From positions 70 through 64,069 of the forward strand of contig CAYOTC010000001.1 of assembly GCA_964406815.1 (NCBI GenBank): a stretch of 64,000 bases of DNA, read 5' to 3'. Position 1 is the first letter of the stretch. Each line of letters begins with the position of its first letter. Under the pieces are notes generated by a model. That model was not told the DNA's origin. It did no database searches and was given only the letters and a program-made list of their open reading frames with translations. This document shows, one piece after another, positions 30,149 through 38,291 of this stretch. This stretch comes from an uncultured Bdellovibrionales bacterium. Its GTDB lineage: Bacteria > Patescibacteriota > Minisyncoccia > Moranbacterales > UBA2206. The translations under genes were made by a program, and so were the position numbers.

Positions 30149-30267
30149 GCCCACTGCGGACAAAGGGGGTCGGGGAAAAGTATTTTCCCCGTTTGGGGTG
30201 ACCGAGCGACTAAGCGAGGACAAGAGGGCGGAAGCCCTATTGGGAGCAAAGAGACCCGTAAGTGGGC
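30149..30267 (+). ncRNA. Candidate structured small RNA (GC-rich island). Possibly SRP (4.5S-like) RNA; strand uncertain.
   Basis: 7-bp closing stem GCCCACT...AGTGGGC. Internal hairpins GGGGAAAAgtaTTTTCCCC and AGGGC-GGAA-GCCCT (a GNRA tetraloop as in SRP helix 8). About 60% GC inside an AT-rich spacer. Overlapping track ORFs 30034..30249(-) and 30096..30389(+) look spurious. Confidence 0.3.
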
Positions 30268-30344
30268 AAAGCGTTAGTTTTTATAGAGAAATTTATGAAA
30301 GCATCCAATTTTTATCGGGTGCTTTTTTTATTGATTTTTTAGTG

Positions 30345-30373
30345 TTGACATATGTACAGAACGGCCTTATATT
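30345..30373 (+). promoter_or_regulatory. Near-consensus sigma70 promoter TTGACA-N17-TATATT.
   Basis: gtgTTGACAtatgtacagaacggccTTATATTattg. Confidence 0.55.
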
Positions 30374-30510
30374 ATTGACAGTTATTTGAAATATTATTAT
30401 TGGTCGTAGCCAAAAGACACCAAAATCAAGGTATTTTTGGCTATGACCAAATTAGTGGATTAGATGAGGGTAAAAATAAAAAAGCGCAATTTAGCGCGAA
30501 GGAGGAGATT

Positions 30511-31176
30511 ATGAGAGAAAATTTTGCAATTGCAGAAGTGTTGCCAAGAAAGCTCAATGCGATGGTGAAACGTATCATGAGGCAAATGGGAATTAATGAT
30601 CCCAATGAGGCGGTCCGTCGGATTAATTCTGAAGAATGGGTTGTTTCCAAAGCCATAATAAGTAACTGGCGTGGACTCAGTGGAGTAATTTCTCTTGGAA
30701 CTTTTACTTCTGATGGCACGACTGGTTCGCAGTGGATTAATCGTCTTGAGTTAAATGGATCCATAATTACAGGCTTGGCGAAGGATGTGCTTAATTCTAA
30801 GAGTTTCAAGCCGACAAATGGATTAACATTTGAAATTGTGGTACTCAAGGGAATGCTGTGGGAAGATGGTGACCGTATCACAAGGATGATTCGCGAGGGT
30901 GCCTATTCGGGAAATTTTGCTGGTGGCAACAAACTCATTGATCCAAATCCAGAATTCGCTTGTCTTATTCGGGAAAAATTATCAAATAAGGAAATTGAAG
31001 ATATGAATCTTAACCATATCGTTGTCATGCATAAATCCATCAACGATTCCGATGGTGATCCGAGTCTGCTTGGCCTTCACTGCATTGGTGGCAAGTGTCT
31101 GGATACTTTAATTGAAGGATATGATGATGATTGGGGGGGCGATTGCTATGGGTTTGCTTTTGCTCTTGCAAGTTAG
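30511..31176 (+). CDS. Hypothetical protein (start re-assigned to the ATG with the strong SD; the track ORF starts at 30400).
   Basis: SD gcgAAGGAGGagattATG. No recognisable motif. Confidence 0.4.
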   Translation: MRENFAIAEVLPRKLNAMVKRIMRQMGINDPNEAVRRINSEEWVVSKAIISNWRGLSGVISLGTFTSDGTTGSQWINRLELNGSIITGLAKDVLNSKSFKPTNGLTFEIVVLKGMLWEDGDRITRMIREGAYSGNFAGGNKLIDPNPEFACLIREKLSNKEIEDMNLNHIVVMHKSINDSDGDPSLLGLHCIGGKCLDTLIEGYDDDWGGDCYGFAFALAS

Positions 31177-31352
31177 TGCTTGGGGTTTGAAATATTAGAA
31201 TAACCCTAAATTCAGTCTTTAAAAAAAGAGTCTTGCGTTGAATCTTCGCGCGGGGCTCTTTTTATTTTTTTCATATTGACAAAATGTTTCCAAAGCGCTA
31301 GTTTTTAGGAAGTTATTTTTATTTGAAACCTTTTAAAACAAGGAGAGAAATT

Positions 31353-31682
31353 ATGGAAAATGTAGTCCATGCTTCTCCTTGTAATGATTGCAAGGAGAGA
31401 GAAAAGTTCGATTTTTTCGGATGCACGAAAAATTGCAAAGCATTCTTTGAACATCTGAAAAAGGTTTTTGAGAAAGAGTGTAGTCCCTGTATGGATTTCC
31501 GCTGTGCTATTCCTAGGGTAAATGAAAAAAACCGGGAAAAATGCAGGAAATGTCCTTTGCCAGGAATCTATTCGGAGAGGGTAGGTATTGGACCAAAAAG
31601 CAAATTGGGCAGAAGGATAGAAACTGATTCATATCTCTATCCGTATGAAGGAAAATATCCTTGGGAAGGGAAAAGAAGATGA
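31353..31682 (+). CDS. Small cysteine-rich protein (10 Cys in about 109 aa), hypothetical.
   Basis: SD aacAAGGAGagaaattATG. CNDC...CTKNC...CSPC...C...CRKC pattern. Confidence 0.4.
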   Translation: MENVVHASPCNDCKEREKFDFFGCTKNCKAFFEHLKKVFEKECSPCMDFRCAIPRVNEKNREKCRKCPLPGIYSERVGIGPKSKLGRRIETDSYLYPYEGKYPWEGKRR

Positions 31683-31736
31683 AAGTGCCGGTTAATATTA
31701 TTAATCGGCACTTTATTTATTATTATTTTAAAATAA

Positions 31737-31768
31737 AAAAACCCCGAAAACTTTCTCGGGATTTTTTC
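31737..31768. terminator. Bidirectional terminator between the convergent Cys-rich gene and rpmE.
   Basis: aaaaaaaCCCCGAaaactttcTCGGGatttttt. Confidence 0.6.
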
Positions 31769-31785
31769 AAATTTTCTTTCAAGAT

Positions 31786-32082
31786 TTATTTCTTCTTTTT
31801 CTTCGAAGTCACTTTTTTAGTTTCAGCTTTCGGTTTTTTGACTCTTTCTTTCTTATCGGCCTTGGCTGTTTTCTTTTCCGCAGCTTTTTCTGAAAGTTTT
31901 TTGAAACGATCCACTCTTCCAGTTGAGTCAACAATCTTCTTCTTTCCGGTATAGAAAGGATGGCAAGCTGAACAGATTTCAACTTTCATTTCCGGCACTG
32001 TGGAACCGGTTTTGATTATGTTACCACAGGCGCACATAATTCTTGCTTCCGGATTATAGCTAGGATGGATCTTTTTCTTCAT
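31786..32082 (-). CDS. rpmE: Ribosomal protein L31 (with a lysine-rich C-terminal extension).
   Basis: [46 protein letters not shown]. Confidence 0.85.
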   Translation of the reverse strand: MKKKIHPSYNPEARIMCACGNIIKTGSTVPEMKVEICSACHPFYTGKKKIVDSTGRVDRFKKLSEKAAEKKTAKADKKERVKKPKAETKKVTSKKKKK

Positions 32083-32181
32083 TTAATTTATGCGACAATG
32101 CAAATCTGTCTAATCGGCAGAGTAATTGCAAGTTTGATTATTAATTGAATTTCCTAATAAATTTAGCATACATTAAGTTAA

Positions 32182-32210
32182 TTGACAAGAGCGAGGTCAA
32201 CTGGTATATT
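32182..32210 (+). promoter_or_regulatory. Near-consensus sigma70 promoter TTGACA-N17-TATATT for rpsB-tsf, followed by a ~150-nt structured leader.
   Basis: aaTTGACAagagcgaggtcaactggTATATTtatt. The leader contains the hairpin GGCGTTTTGCCctattGGCAAAACGG and a GGCTTC...GAAGCC enclosing stem. Confidence 0.55.
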
Positions 32211-32366
32211 TATTAGGTAATAAATCACATACTTTTTCTGGCTTCGTCCTGTCCCATTCCTTTAGGAAATTGGGTAAAAGAAGCCAAATTCGGCAAAACC
32301 GGAAAAGAAGAAGTAGAGGCGTTTTGCCCTATTGGCAAAACGGTAATAATTAAGGAAAAAATATCT

Positions 32367-33173
32367 ATGAAAAAAGAAACGAATGTTTCTGCTAAGGAAG
32401 CAGAGGCAAAAGTGGGCGATGCGAATCTCGGGAAAAATAAAGGCGGCGAAGATTACTTTGCCGATTTTGATTTCTCAAAATTGGATTTGGATATAAATGA
32501 AATGTTCAGATGCGGGGTACATTTTGGACATCATAAATCTCGGAAAAATCCGAAAATGAACGAATATATTTTTGGAGTGAGGAACGGTATAAACATAATC
32601 GATCTCGAAAAAACAATTGAAAAGATTAAGGAAGCTTTTGCTTTTATTGACAAGTTGGTTTCAGAAGGAAATAATATTATTTTTGTTGGAACAAAAAAGC
32701 AAGCCAGTAATTTGATTGCTTCGGCTGCAAAAAGAGCCGCTATGCCTTATGTGGTGGATCGATGGCTGGGAGGAACATTTACCAATTTTGAAGCTATTTC
32801 AAAAAGAACCAAGTTTCTTCGTGAAGGAGAGGAGAAGATGAAAAAAGGTGAATATTCGAAATATACAAAATTTGAACAAATGAAGATTGCGGAAAATTTG
32901 CAAAAACTTGAAAATCGAATGGGTGGAATTAAATATATGGAAAAAATTCCCGGGGCGATTTTCGTTACAGGAGTTATTGAAGACAAACTGGCTATTAAAG
33001 AAGCGAAGATAAAAGGAGTTCCGGTTATTGCTTTGGTTGACTCGAATGTTGATCCGAAAGATATTGATTATCCAATTCCAGCCAATGAAGACGCTGTTTC
33101 TTCTTTGAAACTTCTTATCGGCTATATCACAAAAGCTATTCTTGATAGTAAGCAGAAATATGCTAAAAAGTAA
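32367..33173 (+). CDS. rpsB: Ribosomal protein S2 (N-terminal extension).
   Basis: MFRCGVHFGHHKSRKNPKMNEYIFGVRNGINIIDLEKT. Confidence 0.9.
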   Translation: MKKETNVSAKEAEAKVGDANLGKNKGGEDYFADFDFSKLDLDINEMFRCGVHFGHHKSRKNPKMNEYIFGVRNGINIIDLEKTIEKIKEAFAFIDKLVSEGNNIIFVGTKKQASNLIASAAKRAAMPYVVDRWLGGTFTNFEAISKRTKFLREGEEKMKKGEYSKYTKFEQMKIAENLQKLENRMGGIKYMEKIPGAIFVTGVIEDKLAIKEAKIKGVPVIALVDSNVDPKDIDYPIPANEDAVSSLKLLIGYITKAILDSKQKYAKK

Positions 33174-33238
33174 TTCAAAAGAATCCGCAGTTTTAAAATA
33201 AAATTTTTTAAGAATTGCGTGGTTCCAACCTTAAAAAT

Positions 33239-33823
33239 ATGCCAAATCTTGAACAAATAAAAAAAATAAGAGAAATTACCGGTGCCGGTATCGTTGAGGT
33301 TAAGAAGGCTTTGGAGGAGTCGGAAGGAGATGAAAAAAAAGCAATGGAAATTCTCAAAGAAAGAGGACAGCAAAAAGCTTTTAAAAAATCTGAAAGGACG
33401 GCTGGAGAGGGAATTGTAACTTCCTATGTGCATTCCAACGGTAAAATTGGAGTTTTGGTCAAACTTTTGTGTGAGAGCGATTTTGTGGCAAGAAATGAGG
33501 AGTTTATAAGCCTATCGAAAGATGTTGCTATGCATATAGCGGCAATGTCTCCAAAATATCTGAAACCCGAAGATGTTTCTTTTGAAGAAATCGAAGAAGA
33601 AAAAAAGAGTTGGATAAAAACCCTGAAAGACGAAGGGAAGCCGGAAAATTTGATTGGGAAAATTATTGAAGGCAAGGAGAAGAAATATCGTGAAGAAGTG
33701 GCGCTCATTTCTCAACCGTTTGTGAAAAATCCTGATATAACCGTTGGAGATCTTATTATCGAAAAAATTTCCAAAATAGGAGAAAATATCCAAATAAGTG
33801 ATTTTGTTAAAATGGAATTGTAA
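33239..33823 (+). CDS. tsf: Elongation factor Ts (short form).
   Basis: UBA-like ITGAGIVEVKKALEES.GDEKKAMEILKERG. VHSNGKIGVLVKLLCESDFVARNEEF. Confidence 0.85.
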   Translation: MPNLEQIKKIREITGAGIVEVKKALEESEGDEKKAMEILKERGQQKAFKKSERTAGEGIVTSYVHSNGKIGVLVKLLCESDFVARNEEFISLSKDVAMHIAAMSPKYLKPEDVSFEEIEEEKKSWIKTLKDEGKPENLIGKIIEGKEKKYREEVALISQPFVKNPDITVGDLIIEKISKIGENIQISDFVKMEL

Positions 33824-33844
33824 AATAATAAACCAAAAATACCG

Positions 33845-34615
33845 ATGAATTTTTTAGTCAAGATATATTCATGGGAAAACCCGAGAATCTGCCAGTCTGA
33901 TTTGCGCTTGGAAAAGGGAGATGAGGTAATTGTATTAACTGAATCTTTTAATGAGTTTGGCATTGTCGAAGGAATCGGTTCTGAAAATGAGAATAGCGCT
34001 TGTGATATCTTGCGTAAAGCTACAAAAAAAGATGTTAATGCTTTTGAACAGCAGGAAAAAGATAAGGAAAACCTTATTGTTATTTGCAAAGAAGAAGTTA
34101 AGCGCTTGGAGCTTGAAATGAAAATAGTTGATGCTCGCTTAAGTTTTGACGGTAAACAAATAATATTTGTTTTTACGGCTGAAGGTCGGGTGGATTTTCG
34201 CGAATTAGTTCGAATACTCTCCGGAAAATTTAAAAAAGTCATCAGGATGCAGCAAATTGGATCAAGAGACGAAGCTAGAAAGCTTGGAGGCTACGGTATT
34301 TGCGGGAGGAGACTTTGTTGTGTTAATCTCAAGGGCAATCTTCCAAGTATCACAACGGAAATGGCTCGTGCCCAGCAAATTGCTCATAGGGGAACGGAAA
34401 GAATCTCCGGTCTTTGTGGAAGGCTTATGTGTTGTTTGGCATACGAGGAGAGTCAATATAGAGAAATGCTTTCCGGAATGCCAGAGATTTATAGTATTAT
34501 CGAAACCAAAGAAGGTAGGGGAACAGTTATTGAAATCAATGCTGTTTCTCAAGAAATAAAAGTAAAATTGGAAAGTGGAAAATATATAATCATAAAGAAG
34601 GAAGATACAAAATAA
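33845..34615 (+). CDS. PSP1 C-terminal domain protein (YaaT/RicT-like).
   Basis: ICGRRLCCVNLKGNLPSITTEMARAQQI...GLCGRLMCCLAYEE matches the conserved Cys block of PSP1/YaaT. Confidence 0.7.
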   Translation: MNFLVKIYSWENPRICQSDLRLEKGDEVIVLTESFNEFGIVEGIGSENENSACDILRKATKKDVNAFEQQEKDKENLIVICKEEVKRLELEMKIVDARLSFDGKQIIFVFTAEGRVDFRELVRILSGKFKKVIRMQQIGSRDEARKLGGYGICGRRLCCVNLKGNLPSITTEMARAQQIAHRGTERISGLCGRLMCCLAYEESQYREMLSGMPEIYSIIETKEGRGTVIEINAVSQEIKVKLESGKYIIIKKEDTK

Positions 34616-34618
34616 TTT

Positions 34619-35275
34619 ATGCCATATTCAATTATTTCTCCCATCCTAGTTGTTTTGAGCGTGATTGGCATTATTCTGATTCTTATGAAAAAAGCTCCGG
34701 AAATTGGTCGCCTGGATGCTTTAAAAGAAAATGAAAAAGACAATGTGAAGAATGGGGAAAAGGAAAATTATTTTACCAAAACTGCCGTTAATCAGGCTGA
34801 AAAAAAATCATGGCTTAAAAAAAATATAAGCCTTATATTTTTAGCGCTTCTTGGAATTATAAAAATATTATTTTTAAGTCCGAAAAAGTTTTTTAACAAA
34901 TGGCGAGAATATTCAAGAAAAAGGAAAGCTGACCGAGAGGCGGAAAAAGAAAATTTTTTTAAAAAAAATATCGTTTCAAAAATATCCAATGAAGAAAAAG
35001 TTATTCGTCCGTTTATAAGTGATAAAATTGTTCAGCCAAATATCGATGAGGATAAAAGAAAAGAAATAAAAGAACGTTTAGAAGAGCTTTTGATTAATCG
35101 GATCGCTTCCAATCCTAAAGATTTTGAAGCCTATGAAAAATTAGGAGAATATTATATGGAAACAGGAAATTTAGAGCACTCCAAAGAGTGCTTTAAGCAA
35201 GTAATGAGGCTGGATTCCAGCAATCGGAGTGTTCTTTATAAAATTAGGAAATTGGAGAGAATGCTGAAAAAATAA
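34619..35275 (+). CDS. Hypothetical membrane-anchored protein with a C-terminal TPR-like helical region.
   Basis: N-terminal TM ISPILVVLSVIGIILILM. No motif. Confidence 0.35.
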   Translation: MPYSIISPILVVLSVIGIILILMKKAPEIGRLDALKENEKDNVKNGEKENYFTKTAVNQAEKKSWLKKNISLIFLALLGIIKILFLSPKKFFNKWREYSRKRKADREAEKENFFKKNIVSKISNEEKVIRPFISDKIVQPNIDEDKRKEIKERLEELLINRIASNPKDFEAYEKLGEYYMETGNLEHSKECFKQVMRLDSSNRSVLYKIRKLERMLKK

Positions 35276-35402
35276 TTATTATTCTAGCATATAGACAAGG
35301 GGGATAATTTTTTGTATCATAGCAAGGTAGCCAAAATAATTGGCATATTTGGGTTATGTCAAGTTGGACTCTCATTAGCTTTTTTAGATGAATTTGTAAT
35401 TA

Positions 35403-35475
35403 GCCACCTTAGCTCAGTTGGTAGAGCAACAGTTTTGTAAACTGTGGGTCGTCAGTTCAAGTCTGACAGGTGGCT
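35403..35475 (+). tRNA. tRNA-Thr (anticodon TGT).
   Basis: Manual fold. Acceptor GCCACCT/AGGTGGC, D-arm GCTCAGTTGGTAGAGC, anticodon stem ACAGT/ACTGT with loop TTTGTAA, T-arm GTCAG-TTCAAGT-CTGAC. Confidence 0.85.
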
Positions 35476-35584
35476 CGGAAACATATATCATATATCTTAT
35501 AACATATAGCAGAAGTGTAGTGGTATTTTTCACGTTATTAATTTTTTATTATATGATTTATGTTCTGTGATATAGAGGATTATT

Positions 35585-35667
35585 GGGTAGGTGGCGGAGT
35601 GGTCAATCGCAGCTGACTGTAAATCAGCCGACTTCGGTCTACGGGGGTTCGAATCCCTCCCTGCCCA
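35585..35667 (+). tRNA. tRNA-Tyr (anticodon GTA) with long variable arm.
   Basis: Anticodon stem-loop GCTGA-CTGTAAA-TCAGC. Long variable arm. T-arm GGGGG-TTCGAAT-CCCTC. Acceptor GGGTAGG/CCTGCCC (one G-U). Confidence 0.8.
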
Positions 35668-35753
35668 CAGAGAAAGTTAAAAATAAAATATAAAAAAGTA
35701 AGAAGTCTTTATATGATTTTTGATTTTTAAATTTTTATTTTTGATATTTTTCT

Positions 35754-35826
35754 GCCGTTGTAGCTCAGCTGGTAGAGCATTTCCATGGTAAGGAAAAGGT
35801 CTCCGGTTCAATCCCGGACAACGGCT
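35754..35826 (+). tRNA. tRNA-Thr (anticodon GGT).
   Basis: Acceptor GCCGTTG/CAACGGC. Anticodon stem-loop TTTCC-ATGGTAA-GGAAA. T-arm CCGGTTCAATCCCGG. The order Thr(UGU)-Tyr-Thr(GGU) mirrors E. coli thrU-tyrU-(glyT)-thrT. Confidence 0.85.
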
Positions 35827-35915
35827 CCGTAATTAAATGATCAAATTGTTAAATAGCTAAATTGTTGTTGATTTATTGACAATTTAATAATGTAGCAATT
35901 TAGCAATATAAATAT

Positions 35916-36071
35916 ATGACTAGAGAAAATCTGGTGAAGATGAGATGTGAAGTTTGTAAGAGAACGAATTATTTCACTTCAAAAAACAAGAAAAAACTTA
36001 AGGAAAAACTGGAACTTAAGAAATATTGCCTGAAATGCAAGAAGCATACCGCGCACAAAGAGGTGAAATAA
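35916..36071 (+). CDS. rpmG: Ribosomal protein L33 (51 aa; below the ORF-track cutoff).
   Basis: Manual translation [52 protein letters not shown]33 signature Y.T.KNK...KLEL.KYC..C.KH..HKE.K. Confidence 0.8.
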   Translation: MTRENLVKMRCEVCKRTNYFTSKNKKKLKEKLELKKYCLKCKKHTAHKEVK

Positions 36072-36119
36072 CATAATGCTATGGCAGAAGCGGGCTTGCT
36101 CGCCGAAGCTAAAGATTCG

Positions 36120-36186
36120 GCGGGATTCGTACAGTGTTAGTACGGCGGTCTCCAACCCCGCCTTTCGCGAAAGGCGGGGCGATTCC
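36120..36186 (+). pseudogene. Degenerate partial copy of tRNA-Trp. The 5' 36 nt are 35/36 identical to the intact gene; this is followed by a perfect 10-bp GC hairpin replacing the anticodon-3'/variable/T-stem region, then CGATTCC (a T-loop remnant).
   Basis: GCGGGATTCGTACAGTGtTAGTACGGCGGTCTCCAA versus the intact GCGGGATTCGTACAGTGgTAGTACGGCGGTCTCCAA. Then CCCCGCCTTTcgcgAAAGGCGGGG, then cgattcc. Confidence 0.6.
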
Positions 36187-36194
36187 ATAAAAAT

Positions 36195-36443
36195 ATGTAT
36201 TATGTATATTTGCTAAAAAGTCGTAAAGATCAGGGATATTATATAGGGTTTTCAGAAAATATTGATTTTCGATTTCAACAACATTGTAACGGATTGGTTG
36301 TTTCCACAAAAAATAGAAGGCTTCTGGATTTGATTTATTTTGAATCATATTCATCAAAAGAGTTGGCACAAGAAAGGGAGAAGAATCTTAAAAAATTCGG
36401 ATCGGCCTACAGCGGACTTTTGAAAAGATTGTGCGAAAAATAA
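36195..36443 (+). CDS. GIY-YIG nuclease-family small protein (82 aa).
   Basis: MYYVYLLKSRKDQGYYIGFSENIDFRFQQHCNG matches the GIY...YIG...R..H...N core of the GIY-YIG superfamily. Confidence 0.65.
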   Translation: MYYVYLLKSRKDQGYYIGFSENIDFRFQQHCNGLVVSTKNRRLLDLIYFESYSSKELAQEREKNLKKFGSAYSGLLKRLCEK

Positions 36444-36447
36444 AACT

Positions 36448-36518
36448 GCGGGATTCGTACAGTGGTAGTACGGCGGTCTCCAAAACCGTTGACGTAGGTT
36501 CGATTCCTACATCCCGTG
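36448..36518 (+). tRNA. tRNA-Trp (anticodon CCA).
   Basis: Acceptor GCGGGAT/ATCCCGT (terminal G-U). D-arm GTAC-AGTGGTA-GTAC. Anticodon stem-loop GCGGT-CTCCAAA-ACCGT. T-arm GTAGG-TTCGATT-CCTAC. Confidence 0.8.
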
Positions 36519-36617
36519 CATCGTGAATTCGAACCATAAAGAGGCTTGAAGAAGGCCTCTTTTTTGGTTGTAATATTTTGTGATAAAATTAATTTATTGG
36601 TATTAAACTAAAAAATT

Positions 36618-37178
36618 ATGAATCTTGAACAATCAAAGGAAACAAAAAAAACAAAAGAAAAATTACTTGAAATAACTGTTGAAACTAAACGGCTTATTTT
36701 AAAACCAGTATCTTTAGAATATAAGAATATAATCTTTTCAGAATTTACTGATTATACGACAAAGTTTATGTATCCCTCAGCACCAAAAGATGTAGCAGAT
36801 ACTGAAAAATTTATTAAAAAGTCAATGGAGGATATAAAAAAAGGGACAGATTTCGTAGCAAGTATTTTTGATAAGAAAACAAACGATTTTTTAGGTGGTG
36901 TAGGAATTCATCATATAGATACAAAGACGCCTGAATTGGGGATATGGATCAAAAGATCAGCTTATGGCAACAAATATGGGCAAGAGGCAGTGGCTGGTTT
37001 AAAAAAATGGGCTGATAAGAATTTAGAATATGAATATTTATTATATCCAGTTGCGAAAGAAAATATTGCTAGCCGAAAAATTCCAGAATCTATGGGCGGT
37101 AAAGTGGTAAGGGAATTCATTGGTAAAAAAGAAAACGGAGAGGATATGGAAGAAGTGGAGTATAGGATTTATAAATAA
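36618..37178 (+). CDS. GNAT-family N-acetyltransferase (RimJ/RimL-like).
   Basis: TKRLILKP...LGGVGIHHID...LGIWIKRSAYGNKYGQEAVAGL matches GNAT motifs A/B. Confidence 0.65.
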   Translation: MNLEQSKETKKTKEKLLEITVETKRLILKPVSLEYKNIIFSEFTDYTTKFMYPSAPKDVADTEKFIKKSMEDIKKGTDFVASIFDKKTNDFLGGVGIHHIDTKTPELGIWIKRSAYGNKYGQEAVAGLKKWADKNLEYEYLLYPVAKENIASRKIPESMGGKVVREFIGKKENGEDMEEVEYRIYK

Positions 37179-37550
37179 GATTAGGTTAAATTTGAAATAT
37201 AGATTATTTCATTTTTTTCATAAATAATTCTAACATCATCAACTAACCTGCGTATCTTAAATTCGGACTAATTAGAGGCTTTTTAGAAGCCTCTTTTCAT
37301 TATAATTTGACTAGTGATTTTTTAAGTGTTAGTCTTTCGGCAGTTCTTAAAATTTTTAGTATTGATATGAAAAGTATTGTTTATCTAAAATTAAAATATC
37401 AAAGGGAGGAAAGACAGAATGGATGATGCAGATTTAAAAGAAATAGCGGCAGAAAATCTTATGAAGTTGGAGGATAATACTTATCCCGGGAGAGGAATTA
37501 TCACGTGAATAAGCGAAGATGGGAAAGATCTTCTTCAGATTTACTGGATT

Positions 37551-38165
37551 ATGGGCAGGAGCTCAAGTAGTCGTAATCGCAGGTTTATTGATGATGGCGA
37601 CGGATATATGCGGACAGATTATGCTGATTCATCAAAAAAATCTGACGATTCGAATATATTCTATTCTGCAATGACGGAAGGTGGCGGTATTTATGTTGTA
37701 AGCAATGGTCATCAGACAAAGGATATTTTCCAGGCGCTTTCTAATGGGTTCGGTCATTTTATAGCCATTCAGGATTGGAATTATGAAAACGATCATCCGA
37801 ATTTTACTCCGATAATTTCATCTTCTTGTATGCTTATACTTGGAGATGAAGGCACGGATTGTTTCGTTGATATATCCATTATTAAAAAATCCCGATTCGG
37901 AACCGCCGGTTCTGAAAGACAGCTTTTTAACTATGCTGATTTTATTCCCGGATTAGGATATTGCATCACAACATATCAATGTGATGGAAACCCGTTGTCG
38001 TCATTTGTAGGCGAGCCATATCTTTTGCCACTTGTCGGTTCGGCCGAACAAGCTGCGCAAAATATTTGGAACATTTTGAATGAGGCCAATCGAGTGGCTA
38101 TTGCGATAAAATCAATCAGTTTGAAAAATGGAGAAAGTTCCATTTTTATAATCAATAAGTATTGA
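37551..38165 (+). CDS. Hypothetical protein. Probably the C-terminal 204 aa of a longer product starting at ATG 37419 and containing an in-frame TGA at 37506-37508. There is a faint, memory-based resemblance to archaeal-type IMP cyclohydrolase PurO (VVSNGHQT).
   Basis: Same reading frame from 37419 (strong SD aaaGGGAGGaaagacagaATG) through TGA and into 37551. ATG 37551 has no SD. Confidence 0.45.
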   Translation: MGRSSSSRNRRFIDDGDGYMRTDYADSSKKSDDSNIFYSAMTEGGGIYVVSNGHQTKDIFQALSNGFGHFIAIQDWNYENDHPNFTPIISSSCMLILGDEGTDCFVDISIIKKSRFGTAGSERQLFNYADFIPGLGYCITTYQCDGNPLSSFVGEPYLLPLVGSAEQAAQNIWNILNEANRVAIAIKSISLKNGESSIFIINKY

Positions 38166-38291
38166 TTTAATTACAGGAGAGTTGGAATAACAGGCAATTT
38201 GTCATTGGACAAATTGCCTGTTTTTAGAATTTTTTATGAAAAATATGCTATAATAAAAGCATATTTTTTAATGGAGAAATAGATAAATCGC

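Noticed and set aside
30034-30389. Two overlapping small ORFs (30034..30249 minus, 30096..30389 plus).
   Set aside because: They overlap each other and the GC-rich hairpin-rich element. They have no RBS, and their translations are dominated by hairpin-derived codons. Better explained as a structured RNA.
30400-30510. Track start at 30400 for the 30400..31176 ORF.
   Set aside because: A consensus promoter lies at 30345-30373 and a strong SD (AAGGAGG) precedes ATG 30511. The upstream 37 codons are likely untranslated leader.
35979-36369. Minus-strand ORFs 35979..36188 and 36109..36369.
   Set aside because: They run antisense to rpmG, the tRNA-Trp fragment and the GIY-YIG gene, so they are spurious.
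37419-37560. Initially read the 29-aa upstream ORF plus the 204-aa ORF as a frameshifted gene.
   Set aside because: Position arithmetic shows both are in the same frame (37419 and 37551 are both multiples of 3). The break is a single in-frame TGA, not a frameshift.
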